Program-made: the position numbers and the translations under genes | Notes under the pieces: model-generated | What the model saw: only the letters and a program-made list of their open reading frames with translations | Told to the model about the DNA's origin: nothing | The model's database searches: none | Source: Mobula hypostoma | Lineage: Eukaryota | Length of the DNA stretch: 64,000 bases | Reading direction: 5' to 3' | NCBI RefSeq assembly: GCF_963921235.1 | Contig: NC_086108.1 | Span: 74,340,001 to 74,404,000, forward strand | Part shown: one piece after another, positions 51,985 through 64,000 of the stretch | Numbering within the stretch: position 1 is the stretch's first letter | Layout of the letters: every line of letters begins with the position of its first letter

Positions 51985-53645
51985 ACACACATTTAAAAAT
52001 GCTGGTGAGCACAGCAGGCCAGGCAGCATCTATAGGAAGAGGTACAGTCGACATTTCGGGCCAAGACCCATAGAAACCATAGTAACTACAGCACAGAAAC
52101 AGGCCTTTTGGCCCTTCTTGGCTGTGCTGAACCATTTTCTGCCTAGTCCCACTGACCTGCACACGGACCATATCCCTCCATACACCTCCCATCCATGTAT
52201 CTGTCCAATTTATTCTTAAATGTTAAAAAATAACCTGCATTTATCACCTCGTCTGGCAGCTCATTCCATACTCCCACCACTCTCTGTGTGAAGAAGCCCC
52301 CCCTAATGTTCCCTTTAAACTTTTCCCCCCTCACCCTTAACCCATGTTTTTCTCCCCTTGCCTCAGTGGAAAAAGCCTGCTTGCATTCACTCTATCTATA
52401 CCCATCATAATTTTATATACCTCTATCAAATCTCCCCTCATTCTTCTACGGTCCAGGGAATAAAGTCCTAACCTATTCAACCTTTCTCTGTAACTGAGTT
52501 TCTCAAGTCCTGGCAACATCCTTGTAAACCTTCTCTGCACTCTTTCAACCTTATTTATATCCTTCCTGTGATTTGGTGACCAAAACTGAACACAACACTC
52601 TAGATTCGGCCTCACCAATGCCTTATACAACATCATCATAACATTCCAGTTCTTATACTCAATACTTAGATTAATAAAGGCCAATGTACCAAAAGCTCTC
52701 TTTACGACCCTATCTACCTGTGACACCACTTTTAGGGAACTTTGTATTTGTATTCCCAGATCCCTCTGTTCCACTGCACTCCTCAGTGCCTTACCATTAA
52801 CCCTGTATGTTCTACCTTGGTTTGTCCTTGCAACGCGCAATACCTCACACTTGTCTGTATTAAACGCCATCTGCCATTTTTCAGCCCATTTTTCCAGCTG
52901 GTCCAAGTCCCTCTGCAGGCTCTGAAAATCTTCCTCACTGTCTACTACACCTCCAATCTTTGTATCATCAGCAAATTTGCTGATCCAATTTACCACATTA
53001 TCATCCAGATCATTAATATAGATGACAAATAACAATGGACCCAGCACTGATCCCTGTGGCACACCACTAGTCACAGGCCTCCACTCAGAGAAGCAATTCT
53101 CTACTACCACTCTTTGGCTTCTTCCATTGAGCCAATTTCTAATCCAATTTACCACCTCTCCGTGTATACCTAGTGACTGAATTTGCCTAACTAACCTCCC
53201 ATGCAGGACCTTGTCAAAGGCCTTACTGAAGTCCATGTCGACAATATCCACTGCCTTCCCTTCATCCACTTTCCTGGTAACCTCCTCGAAAAACTCCAAT
53301 AGATTGGTCAAACATGACCTACCACGCACAAAGCCATGTTGACTCTCCCTAATAAGTCCCTGTCTATCCAAATGCTTATAGATTCTGTCTCTTAGTACTC
53401 CCTCCAATAACTTACCTAATACCCTTCATCAGGACTAACTGAAAGAAGAGATAGAAAGAGATTTGAGAGGAGGAGGGAGAGATCTGAAATGATAGCAGAA
53501 GACAGGAGGGAGAGGGATGGAGCTAAGAGCTGGAAAGCTGATTGGCAAAAGGGATACGAGGCTGGAGAAAGGAGAGGATCATGGGACGGGAGGCCTAGGG
53601 AGAAAGAAAGGAGGAGGGGAGCCCAGGGGATGGGCAAGGAGTTAT
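51985..53645 (-). mobile_element. Penelope pLTR fragment split by a CR1
   Basis: 51985-52069 and 53421-53645 are colinear with the inverted pLTR at about 3175-3440. Confidence 0.8.
52070..53417 (-). mobile_element. Young CR1 LINE, 5'-truncated, RT ORF 356 aa
   Basis: QHGFVRGRSCLTNL, DFSKAFDKV, SGVPQGSVLGPLLF, KFADDTK; catagaaaccatag tail. Confidence 0.93.
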
Positions 53646-53887
53646 TCTCCCTCTGTCCCTCTCACTATAACTCCTTGCCCAACCTCACCACGCTCACACT
53701 CTTTGTAGCAATACATTCTTGTCACTTTTTCAGTTCTGTTTAAGAGTGCTTGATCAAAAACATCAAATTCCTATTGCTCCATCAGCACTGATGCTGCCTG
53801 AGCTGCCCAGAGTTCCATCATCTTCTGTGTTTTGGAAAAGATCATAAGTCCTTTATCTTTTTATGCTTTCTTTGTTTATGTTAACAG

Positions 53888-54110
53888 AGTGCGCCCTGCC
53901 CTTGGAATCTCTCTGGTATTTGAGCTCCAAGCAGCTGGAGGCTTTGATCCATATGGCCTGGAAATTCAGCGACTGGTTTCCAGAGGCTGGGCAAAGATAG
54001 TTGTGTTTGATAATCACAACCAAGTTATCAGTGGCAGATGGAAAGTTCCAATACGATCTCTACCAGTAAACCCGTCCCTCACGACTAGCCAACTCAATGG
54101 AATTCCTCAG
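53888..54110 (+). CDS. CCDC17: CCDC17 coding exon, VRPALGISLVFELQAAGGFDPYGLEIQRLVSRGWAKIVVFDNHNQVISGRWKVPIRSLPVNPSLTTSQLNGIPQ
   Basis: taacAG acceptor, CAG|GTACAT donor, 223 nt, phase 2/0; SGRW..P.R.LP..PSL...QLNGIPQ signature. Confidence 0.93.
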
Positions 54111-54519
54111 GTACATTTAGATGATATTTTGATTTCTAAACAAAAAAAGCACAACTGTTTTATTTAAGACCTATTCACATTAATAATCTTGCTGCTGCAG
54201 GTTTAAGGCTGACGATTTAAAAATAATTTTAAATGCACAAGTTCTTTCAATCCATCTTTGCAAAGTACCTTTTTGTCTTGCTTTCACCTTGTATCTTTGC
54301 CCTTCCTCGTGAACCTCAAAAATTCTGCCTCAATGTAACAATTCTAATATTGTACATCCTGAAATGCTGAATTTAGTAACAAAGTTGTAACTTCCGTGGG
54401 GGCCCCCAAAGAGACATTACAGAATTATTAGCAGTTTCCACCAGGATAAATCTGCAGCTGATGAGTAAGCCATTGAAGTTTCAATGTGACTGGGACTTAG
54501 ACACATGTACGATTGAATG

Positions 54520-55505
54520 CTGAGCTTTATAACCTACAGATCAGTGGATGAAGCTACATTTATCTCAACACAGTGTCCAGGAAAGAAAAAAGAAAGGCAG
54601 CACAATCATCAACCCCTAAATCACCCCTCCCCGCACAAAAAAGGGAAGAAAAACAGAACAAGCACATCAAGCTCCCAAGTTTCTTCTCCCGCACAAAAAT
54701 CAAACTAAATGAACAGGCACGTTGACACCCCAAATCCCCCCTTCCCCCACACAAAAAAACAAGAAATATTGGGTGAAAAATACAGAATACAAAAAAACTA
54801 TAAGACTGGAAAAAATAGTTTATAGTCCAAGTCCAAAACACAGAAAACTTGGGCAACATTTTCCAGGCACAGTGGCAGGCTCTCCCCTCTCCAGTGGCGT
54901 AGCAGAACAATCCTCAGTGGTCAACGGCAGGCGGCCGCTGTTCACCTTCTGGATTCACCTCGATGTTTCAATCTCCCTCATTCCCTTAATTGGCAAACAA
55001 TGGAAGCTTTTATCGTCAAGATGGAATCAAATATTGGCTTGCGTCCCGTCCCACAGCCTGAATATCATGAGGTTTGCGCACGCTACCTCTGCCTCCTGGA
55101 ATCTTCTCGGAGACTGCAGAGCGCTAAAGCACCCAAACGATTTCCAAACTTCTGCATTTGCCTGAGTATTTCAACCTCCCTCGTTTCTTTATTTGGAGAA
55201 TAATAGAAGGTTTAAGCAGTGAAATGGAATTGAACATGCTCGCTCCTTGTCCCATGGCCTGCCCGTCATGATGTTTATGCACGCTGCCTCTACCTCCCAG
55301 AATCCTCTTGGAGACTGCAGAGTGCTGGAACAACCAAACAATCCCCAAACTGCAAATCGCAGGTTCCATCGGTTCTAAAATCACATCCAAGATGAAAAAA
55401 ACAAATGCAAAAGACATGAGTGAAGTGAAATGTATGGTTTCATGATCTATCTAGAGGATGTTGACTGAAGGAGTATTGTACGCAAGTGACATCTTGACCA
55501 GAAGT
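54520..55505 (-). repeat. Unclassified non-coding LINE-like non-autonomous element
   Basis: Minus-strand 5' end aagatgtc..; internal direct repeat (gaatc..ggagactgcagag at about 55100 and 55300); CpG-rich; no coding similarity. Confidence 0.4.
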
Positions 55506-55894
55506 CAAGAAGTTTTAATTATTTTGTTTCTAATAAGCTATTTTAATAATTTTTTTTGAAAATGCCAGCCAGGGACATTGGAAAGTTTCTAAATGGCTCA
55601 TAGCTTTAACCTGAGCCAATTGGAGCTGAAAGTTTGTAAAGCTGTTCTGAAGCTTGGACCTCAGTACTGCAACAATTGAAGCCTTCGTGCCCTAAGACTT
55701 TGAGGGTGCAAAGTCCAGCAAGGTCAACTCCACATCTTGACCTGGAGTTGGTGAACCAGAAACTCAGCTGGAAACTCCAAGCAATGAGCCAAATCCAGCA
55801 CAATGCAGTGTGTATTTTTAAAAATTATCCTTAGTATTAGATGCAGTTTGAAGTCACTTTGGGAATCATTCATAATTGTCAGAATTTATTTTAT

Positions 55895-56182
55895 TTTACT
55901 GATACAGTGCAGTGTAGGTGCTTCCAGTCCTTTGAGCTGTTCAACCCTCAACAACCCCAATTTTAACCCTAACCTAAACACAGGACAATTTACAAAGACT
56001 CATTTAACCTACCTGATACACCTTTGGACTGTGGGAGAAAACCAGAGCACTTGAGGAAAACACACGTATTTCACAGGGAGGACGTACAGATTCCTTACAG
56101 AGGACACCAGAATTGAACTCTGAACTCCAACACCCCAAGCTACAATAGCATTACACTAGCCACTACGCTACTGTGGCACCCT
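55895..56182 (-). mobile_element. V-SINE/HE1-like SINE
   Basis: tRNA head gggtgccacagtagcgtagtgg, B box gagttcaattc, V-domain-like core. Confidence 0.75.
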
Positions 56183-56370
56183 AAGTTAAGAAGTTTATAA
56201 GTTACAGGTGTTTCCTTGAAGACTGTGATAGTGAGAAGAGAAGTTGTGTATTGCTTTGTGTATACTTAGATAGCAAAGTAATGCAACATGCAGATTTTGT
56301 GTTTTTAGGAAAACTCTTTACAGACTATTTACAGTCTTCAGTAAATGTTTATTTCTATATACTTGCTTAG

Positions 56371-56505
<135 letters not shown>

Positions 56506-56907
56506 TGAACTTCCAAGGCAGCAATAGCAGAAATTGATGGCCATCCTACCATTCCTGAGTAAGAAAAGCATTCGGGCAAATTGAGCTCTAATCTGATGCA
56601 AGGCTTCAACCCAAAACATTGATAATTCTTTTCCTCTGACAGCTGCTGTTCTGCTGATTTCCTCTAGCAGACTGTTATTTGAGCTGGAAACACATTCTAG
56701 TTGTGTTGTAGACAAAGCCTCTTTCTTTACAAAAAGAGCTACAAGTCTTTCAGAAGATCTAGTTTTCAGTTCTAGTTTATTCTAAGCTGATAGAAAAAAT
56801 GATACATTGATGAAGTTTATATATCTGTAAAAAAAAAAGCAGGATTATGCAGTGTAATGATTATGCAGTGCAGTTATATGAAGGATAATAGTTGTTTCTA
56901 TTTATAG

Positions 56908-57069
56908 GTGGCTGGCCGTTCTGTTCCTCCTGAAAATCTGCCTCCTCCTCAATTCCTCTCTTATCACACTTCTCCAGCTCATTATCACCCTCTCACTTCT
57001 CACACCGGTCACGTTGACCTCCCTCCCAATGATGGACACAGTGACCTCCGCAAATCCAATCAAAGGTGA
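56908..57069 (+). CDS. CCDC17: CCDC17 last or penultimate coding exon, VAGRSVPPENLPPPQFLSYHTSPAHYHPLTSHTGHVDLPPNDGHSDLRKSNQR*
   Basis: tttatAG acceptor; in-frame TGA at 57067-57069 overlaps a possible donor AG|GTGAGA; AATAAA at 57161. Confidence 0.8.
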   Translation: MAGRSVPPENLPPPQFLSYHTSPAHYHPLTSHTGHVDLPPNDGHSDLRKSNQR

Positions 57070-57611
57070 GAGTGAGAAAGAGTAAGATTGATCCTTTCTT
57101 TGACTTCTCTTGGTATCACGATCTGAACTCACCATGGTTAAGCCCGAAAAGATTTGCATTAATAAAATAAAAATAACTTGTAGAAAGATCATTTTCATGA
57201 TTATTACAAATAAAGTTTTCTCATATGAGATAATCTCATTCAAAGCAAAATCATATGTTGTATTTATAGTGGAAAATGTGATGTTCAACAGGTTTGTAGA
57301 ATCTCACTGCATTTTATTTAACAATACACTATATAGGGATGTCTGCTCCGAAAGTACTTTTACCTTGTTTTTGAAATTCAGTTCAGTTAAACAATTGTGA
57401 AAGATCACATCATGTTTGTTACTGATGTATTGTTCTAATCCTAGTTTTAATAAAAAATATTTTCTTTAAAGATGTTTTAATTGAATCAAATCTGTGTGTT
57501 ATAATTGAATCCACTGTTCTGTTTTGGAGTTGTGAAGTGAAAAGTACTGAGAGTTTCAGTAGAGCAGGCAGCATTGCAGATCAATAACCTTTTATCGGTT
57601 TCCATCAATTG

Positions 57612-58405
57612 GTTCAAATGGTTCAAATTAATATCAGAGAATGTATACCGTATGCAGCCTAAAATGGTTACTCTTCACAGAGACACCCATGAAACAAGAA
57701 ACCCCAAAGAATAAATGATAGTGATATCAGAACCCCAAAGCCCCCCCAAGCACAAGTTGCAGCAGAATCATCGACCCCCCCCCCACTTGCACCAGCAGAA
57801 GCTCCAATCCCCCACCATGCAAGAAATGGAAAAAGCCCCCAGAGAGACTTTGATCTAGAGGCCATCAAAAACTGCAGTGCATAACTCAGAACTTCAGTAT
57901 CTCACACCAGCGGGGAGAGCGAGATTGCTCCTGCAACAACGAGGGCAGGAGGCCAGCAGCTCACTGTTCCAATGTTACAATCTTCCGCATCGCTTCTCCA
58001 GGCTCCCTGACTCGGGGACCAACAGGCTCTCCCCCTGTATCAAAAGAGTGAGAGGGATCACTCAAGTACAGGGGCTCCTTCCAACAGCAGCACTCACCGC
58101 CTGCTTCCCCGATGTTTCAGTCAGGGAAATCGGCAAGGAGCCGGATTGTCTGCAGGACCACCCCCTCAAGGTGCATGTCTTCCAAGCCACTCATGGAGAT
58201 ACTGAATCACAAGGCTGCATGGCCTGTACGAAAACTTGCTGCTTGCAGAGAACTGTAGTTTGAGCTGCAGCTGTAGATCACAGACTCCAACAGAATCCCA
58301 GCCACCTTGAAAAGAAAAGAAAGACACGAGAAAGGAAGAATAAGCTGTTTCGGGGATGGTCTGGAAGAAGTTGTCTGGGTCTACAAAAACCTCTTATGCC
58401 ATCTT
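57612..58405 (-). repeat. Unclassified non-autonomous element with a Rex-like tail
   Basis: Minus-strand 5' aagatggc; tail ttcaaattaatatcagagaatg like other Rex 3' ends. Confidence 0.4.
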
Positions 58406-58700
58406 TCCTAGTTCCTCCCACTGTCAATCAGTCATTCAACATTTTAAAAAAAACTTTTTTTTTGAGAATACTGTTTAATTTGCTGAATATTTGTAGTATT
58501 TTCAGTTTTAAATTGATCTTCTTGTACATACATTCCAACTGGAACTGAAGTGTCACAAGTACATTTGGATCAATTTTGCACCATACTCAATGTGACCTTC
58601 TCAGTATTTTTCATTGTTTTGTTACATGTAGATTGGGAGATAAGACCTATACACCAGATTCCAAGAGTTGTCTCACTAATGCCATGCATATTTTTTCTAA

Positions 58701-60297
58701 GAAAGGGAGTTTGTGGAATGCCTCAGAGATGGATTCTTAGAGCAGCTTGTATTAGAGCCTACCAGGGAGAAGGCAATTCTGGATCTTGTGTTGTGTAATG
58801 AACCGGATTTGATAAGGGAACTTGAGGTAAAGGAGCCATTCGGAGGTAGTGACCATAATATGATATGTTTTAATCTACAATTTGAGAGGGAAAAGGGAAG
58901 ATTGGAAGTGTCAGTATTACAGTTGAACAAAGGGGACTATGGACACATGAGTGAGGAGCTGGCAAAAGTTGACTGGAAAGATACCCTAGCAGGGATGACA
59001 GTGGAACAACAATGGTAGGTATTTCTGGGAATAATACAGAAGGTGCAGGATCAGTTCATTCCAAAGAAGAAGAAAGGTTCAAAGGGGAGTAAGGGGCGAC
59101 CGTGGATGACAAGGGAAGTCAAGGACAGTATAAAAATAAAAGAGAGGAAGTATAACATAGCAAGGATAAGTGGGAAGCCAGAGGATTGGGAGACTTTTAA
59201 GGAGCAACAGAAGATAACTAAAAAGGCAATACGGGGAGAAAAGATGAGGTACGAAGGTAAGCTAGCCAAAAATATAAAGGAGGATAGTAAAAACTTCTTT
59301 AGGTACGTGAAGAGGAAAAAATTAGTTAAGATCAAAGTTGGGCCTTTGAAGACAGAAACAGGTGAAATTATTATGGGGAACAAGGAAATGGCAGATGAGA
59401 GGAACAGGTACTTTGGATCTGTCTTCACTAAGGAAGACACAAACAACCTCCCAGATGTAATAGTGGCCAGAGGACCTAGGGTAACAGAGGAACTGAAGGA
59501 AATTTGCATCAGGCACAAAATGGTGTTGGGTAAACTAATGGGACTGAAGGTTGATAAATCCCCAGGGCCTGATGGTCTGCATCCCAGGGTACTTAAGAAG
59601 GTGGCTCTAGAAATCGTGGATGCATTGGTAATCATTTTCCAATGTTCTATGGACTCAGGATCAGTTCCTGCAGATTGGAGGGTAGCTAATGTTATCCCAC
59701 TTCTTAGGAAAGGAGGGAGAGAGAAAACAGGCAATTATAGACCAGTTAGTCTGACATCAGTGGTGGGGAAGATGCTGGAATCAATTATAAAAGATATAAT
59801 AGCGGCGTATTTGGATAGCAGTGGCAGGATAGGTCTGAGATAGGCGAGACTGTCATATGTTGAAAGATTGGAGCGACTGGGGTTGTATACACTGGAATTC
59901 AGAAGGATGAGAGGGGATCTGATTGAAACATATAAGATTATTAAGGGATTGGACATGCTCGAGGCAGGAAACATGTTCTCGATGTTGGGGGAATCCAGAA
60001 TTAGAGGCCACAGTTTAAGAATAAGGGGTAGACCATTTAGAGCGGAGTTGAGGAAAAACTTTTTCACACAGAGGGTTGTGGATCTGTGGAATGCTCTGCC
60101 TCAGAAGGCAGTGGAGGCCAATTCTCTGGATTCTTTCAAAAAAGAGTTAGATAGAGCTCTTAAAGATAGCGGAGTCAAGGGATATGGGGAGAAGGCTGGA
60201 AAAGGGTACTGATTGTGGATGATCAGCCATGATCACAGTGAATGGTGGTGCTGGCTCGAAGGGCTGAATGACCTACTCCTGCACCTATTGTCTATTG
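58701..60297 (+). mobile_element. CR1 LINE with an internal deletion removing the RT core
   Basis: ECLRDGFLEQLV..KSPGPDGLHP..NYRPVSLTS jumps at about 59835 to ERLGLYTLEFRRMRGDLIE; (ctattg)n tail. Confidence 0.9.
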
Positions 60298-60409
60298 AGC
60301 CTATACTTTTCTAATCAAATCCTCATGCTAATTTTTAATTACAGTGACACTCAGTTTTCTTAGAATACTATCTTTACCAATCATTCTAATCTTTTTTTTA
60401 TTGTTTATT

Positions 60410-61150
60410 GTCATTAAGATACAGCATGGAATAGGCACTTCTTCCTCTTTGAGCCGCACCACCCAGCAATCTCCCAATTTAATCCCATCCTAATCACAGG
60501 ACAATTTACAATAACATACTGACCAACCAGTATGTCTTTGGTCTGTGGGAGAAAACTGGAGCACCTGGAGGAAACTGATGTGGTCAGAGGGAGAACGTAC
60601 AAACTCCTACAGACAGTGCCGGGAATTGAACCTGTGTCACTGGTACTGTAAAGCGTTGTACTAACCACTATGCTACCAGGCCGCACTAAAAATTTCTGAC
60701 CATTGAAAAGGAAACATATATTTTCTACCAAAGTAGATGTCTTCAATTTTCTTTTTGCTTTTCACTACCTTTCATGTGCTCTATCTTTGCCTATTCACTT
60801 ACCTGTTCATAACCCCCAGAAGCCTCCTCTATTCTCCACTCAGCTTCAATTAGCAACCAACTTTGTGTCTTCAAATGTGGATAAATGGCCCTTGGTATCC
60901 TCATTCAAATCATTAAGTTTTGAAGGTTATGAACCCCCGACAACCCCAATGTAACCCTAATCACAGGACTATTTACAATAACCAATTAACCTACCTGGTA
61001 GGTCTTTGAACTGTGGGAGGAAATTATAGCACTCGGAGAAAACACACACATTCCGTGGGGAATACGTACAGAGACCCCTTACAGAAGATGCCTGAATTGA
61101 ACTCCGAGCTGTAATAGCATTGTACTAACTGCTGCGGTACTGTGGCACCC
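60410..61150 (-). mobile_element. Two V-SINE/HE1-like SINE copies (about 60410-60685 and 60935-61150)
   Basis: tRNA heads with B box ggttcaattcc/gagttcaattc and V-domain-like core. Confidence 0.7.
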
Positions 61151-61154
61151 TTAC

Positions 61155-62190
61155 AAGGACCAAGCAAATTCATGTCCAAGCTCTTCGTCCTGGTACTCAG
61201 CACCTCTCTTCACAACACCTCTGCCACAATTATCCTCAGGATTGGTGTCCCACTAGGCTGCATCCTCAGCCCTCTACTCTCTCGCTTTGTATGCCCAGAT
61301 TCCACACTAGCTCCATCTACAAATTTGCAGATGATACTGCTGTAGTGGTCTGTATCTTAGGTAATGGTGAGTCAGAGCACTGGAAGGAGATAGAGATGCT
61401 AGTATCATGGTGTCATGATAACCTTTCCTTCGAAGTCGGCGAAGGCACGGTAGGGGGGCAGTGCACATGCTGCTGTTTACATCAGTGGTGCTGATGTTTA
61501 GAGGGTTGAGAACCTCAAGATCCTTGGGAGGAGCATCAGCAATATCCTGTTCTGGTACAACCATATTGATGTCACGGCCAAGAAAGCTCACCAATGCTTT
61601 TACTTCCTCAGGAGGCTAAGGAAATGTGGCATGTCCCCTTTGACCTTCACCAGATTTTATTGATGCACCAGAGAAAGCATCCTATCTGGATGCATCACAG
61701 TTAGGTGTAATAGTTGCTCTGCTCACAACTATAAGAAATCGTAAGGAGTTGTGGGCACAGTTCAGCACCTCACTGAAATCGGCCTCCTCTCCGTGGACCC
61801 TGTCTACACTCTTGCTATCTTGGCAAAGCTGCAGGCATAATCAAATGCCCCACCCACTCTTAACATTCTCTTCCCACTCCCCACCCCCATCAGCCAGAAG
61901 ATACAAACACCTGAAATCATATACCACCAGGCTCAAAGGCAGCTTGTTATATAGCTATTAAACTGTTCCTAAGTATGATGAGATGAAATCTTGACTTCAC
62001 AAACTAACTTATTATGAACTTGCCCTTCATCTCCTGCAATGTACTTTCTCTTTATCTGTGACACTTTGTTTTGCATTCTGTTATTTTTTCACTTTGTACT
62101 AATTCATTGCACTGTTGTAATGAATTGATCTGTATGAACATTCAAGACAAAGTTTTCACTACATCATGGTACATTTGACAATAATGAGAC
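61155..62190 (+). mobile_element. Degenerate Rex1/Babar 3' fragment
   Basis: IGVPLGCILSPLL, SSIYKFADDTAVV. Confidence 0.75.
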
Positions 62191-63834
62191 AATTTATCCT
62201 AAACTTAGAAATTATTATATTCATTTCATTAATCAAATCTCAACCTACATCCATATATTACTCCTTGTCCCCAACCTCTAATTGTTAAATTTTACATCAG
62301 ACTGCAAAAAAGAGCTTGCAACCCTGTCAAGACATTTACTCTAGTCACTCATTTGATATCTCCTCTCCCAAATCTTTGATACTGACTAGCAGAAAGGACA
62401 AGGCAGTGGGTATGTTGGCAGTTGTTGGTTGTTCTCCATCTTCATTCTGGTTTTGAAATTTATTGTTATTTCTTTGTTGCTGAGAGTAATTCCTAGAGCT
62501 GCTTACGCAAAAGTACAAAAGAACCTTCAGCAGAGGGTCTGCTGTAGTTCAGGAACGTCTCTGACTGAAGTGTCTCCTGTAGTCTTTTCCATAGATGCTG
62601 CCTGGCCTGCTGAGTTTCTCCAGCATTTTGTGTGCGTTGCTTGGATTTCCAGCATCTGCAGATTTTCTCTTGTTTGTCATTGGCAATTTATTTACATAAA
62701 TAAATATTCAACTGAAAATATTATTTAAACACAATTCATCCTATTTTTGGAAGGCAAATCCAACACACACTTTCAGATTCCATCTTAACAGCAAATTCAT
62801 GGATGAATTCCCAAGTGGATTTAGAAATTCTCTAATGCGGCTCTTTGACATGATGATGTAACACATGACCGGGCAGAAGATCTGACATCACAGCAAAGTT
62901 GCAGAGATTTTCTTGATTCTCATGAAGGGGTTGAGGGTTCTATTTTATTTTAACCTTATGGCAATTAAATTGCTCTTGCATTTACTATACACCATTGTGC
63001 GGCAGTGCGTTTATCAGCAGGAATCCTCCATGTCAGATTGCAAGTCAGCACCAACATCGAGAGGAAGAATTACTCAAAAGCCAATTAATTGGCAGCCTTT
63101 CCAATGACTTAAGGGAGAGAAGGGAATGGAGTGAAAAGAATCCCAGGTACAAACATGAAATGGAATCTACAGGCAAGTGAGAGAGTTGTCCAAAGCCCAA
63201 CTTCCCTTTTTACAGCTATCGAGCTGTGTCAAGAGGAATCCCCTTTACCAGGACTTCAGTCTAAGTCCCCTTAACTTCCCAAGAAGAATTCCTTGGGTAT
63301 GGGAGGTAAACAGTTGTATTATCATCATTAGGGATAAATGACTCCAGTGAGAAGATGATGGTACACATCATAATGGTTTGATCTTAATGCTGGACAATTT
63401 TTCAGAATAGCTCCAAAACACTATTGAATGTAAGTAGCAAAGGCCATAAAAGTCCAAATATCTGTTTTGTTTTCTGCATTACTTAAAATGATAAATATAA
63501 ATACAGGCAAGAGGTTAGTTAAACTTTGATTGAAAGACCTTGATCTTGTGCAGTATTGCATTCTTGACTTTAGGAAAGTTATTGGGTCTGTTCACATTGA
63601 AGTAAAGATTTAGTGAATTAATAGGACGCAGGTATAAGGTATGGGAACAACTTGTAAACAGGCTTTTTGAATGGAACGAGAAATAATGCAGCATCTTAGA
63701 GAGCAGACTGCAGCTGAATAGTCAGAGCAGTAAGACAGGGCATCATTTGGCTAGTAGTTATATGCTCTACAAAGTAACCCAAAGTTAAAACTCCCAATAG
63801 TTTCAGAAAACTAAAAAAATTGCTAATTTGTATA

Positions 63835-64000
63835 CTTACGTGGTCTGTAGATGTGTGTTGGAAAGTATATTAACTGGTTGCATCATGGCCTGGTATGGAA
63901 ACACCAGTGGCCTTGAACAGAAAATCTAACAAAAAGTAGCAGATACGGCCCAGACCATCACAGGTAAAGCCCTCCCCACCACTGAGCCTATCAAAATGGA
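63835..64000 (+). mobile_element. Rex1/Babar fragment running off the window end
   Basis: tgtagatgtgtgttggaaagtatattaactggttgcatcatggcctggtatgg encodes CRCVLESILTGCIMAWYG. Confidence 0.7.

Noticed and set aside
59051..59734. 227-aa minus-strand ORF and similar antisense ORFs over LINEs
   Set aside because: Antisense shadows of CR1/Rex ORF2 with no independent support

Overview
Eukaryotic, repeat-dense genomic DNA. The repeat complement (CR1 LINEs, Rex1/Babar LINEs, V-SINE/HE1-like SINEs, Penelope-like elements, Tc1) suggests a cartilaginous fish, probably a ray; this is inference. One host gene is recognisable: a CCDC17 (coiled-coil domain containing 17) orthologue on the + strand. I assembled 12 GT-AG coding exons by hand between 13549 and 57069. 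They are phase-compatible and give about 576 aa; the N-terminal exons must lie upstream of the window. Nearly everything else is intronic or flanking transposable-element debris, often nested several layers deep. Main highlights: (1) a young Penelope-like insertion with a GIY-YIG endonuclease, inverted pseudo-LTRs, a 15-bp target-site duplication and two intact minimal hammerhead ribozyme motifs; (2) a CR1 inserted inside another hammerhead copy; (3) a captured tRNA-Gln 3' half at a CR1 5' junction; (4) a 1.44-kb 31-bp purine minisatellite inside a putative solo LTR. Most long ORFs in the supplied track are TE remnants or repeat artefacts. Repeat boundaries are approximate unless a TSD or TIR is cited.
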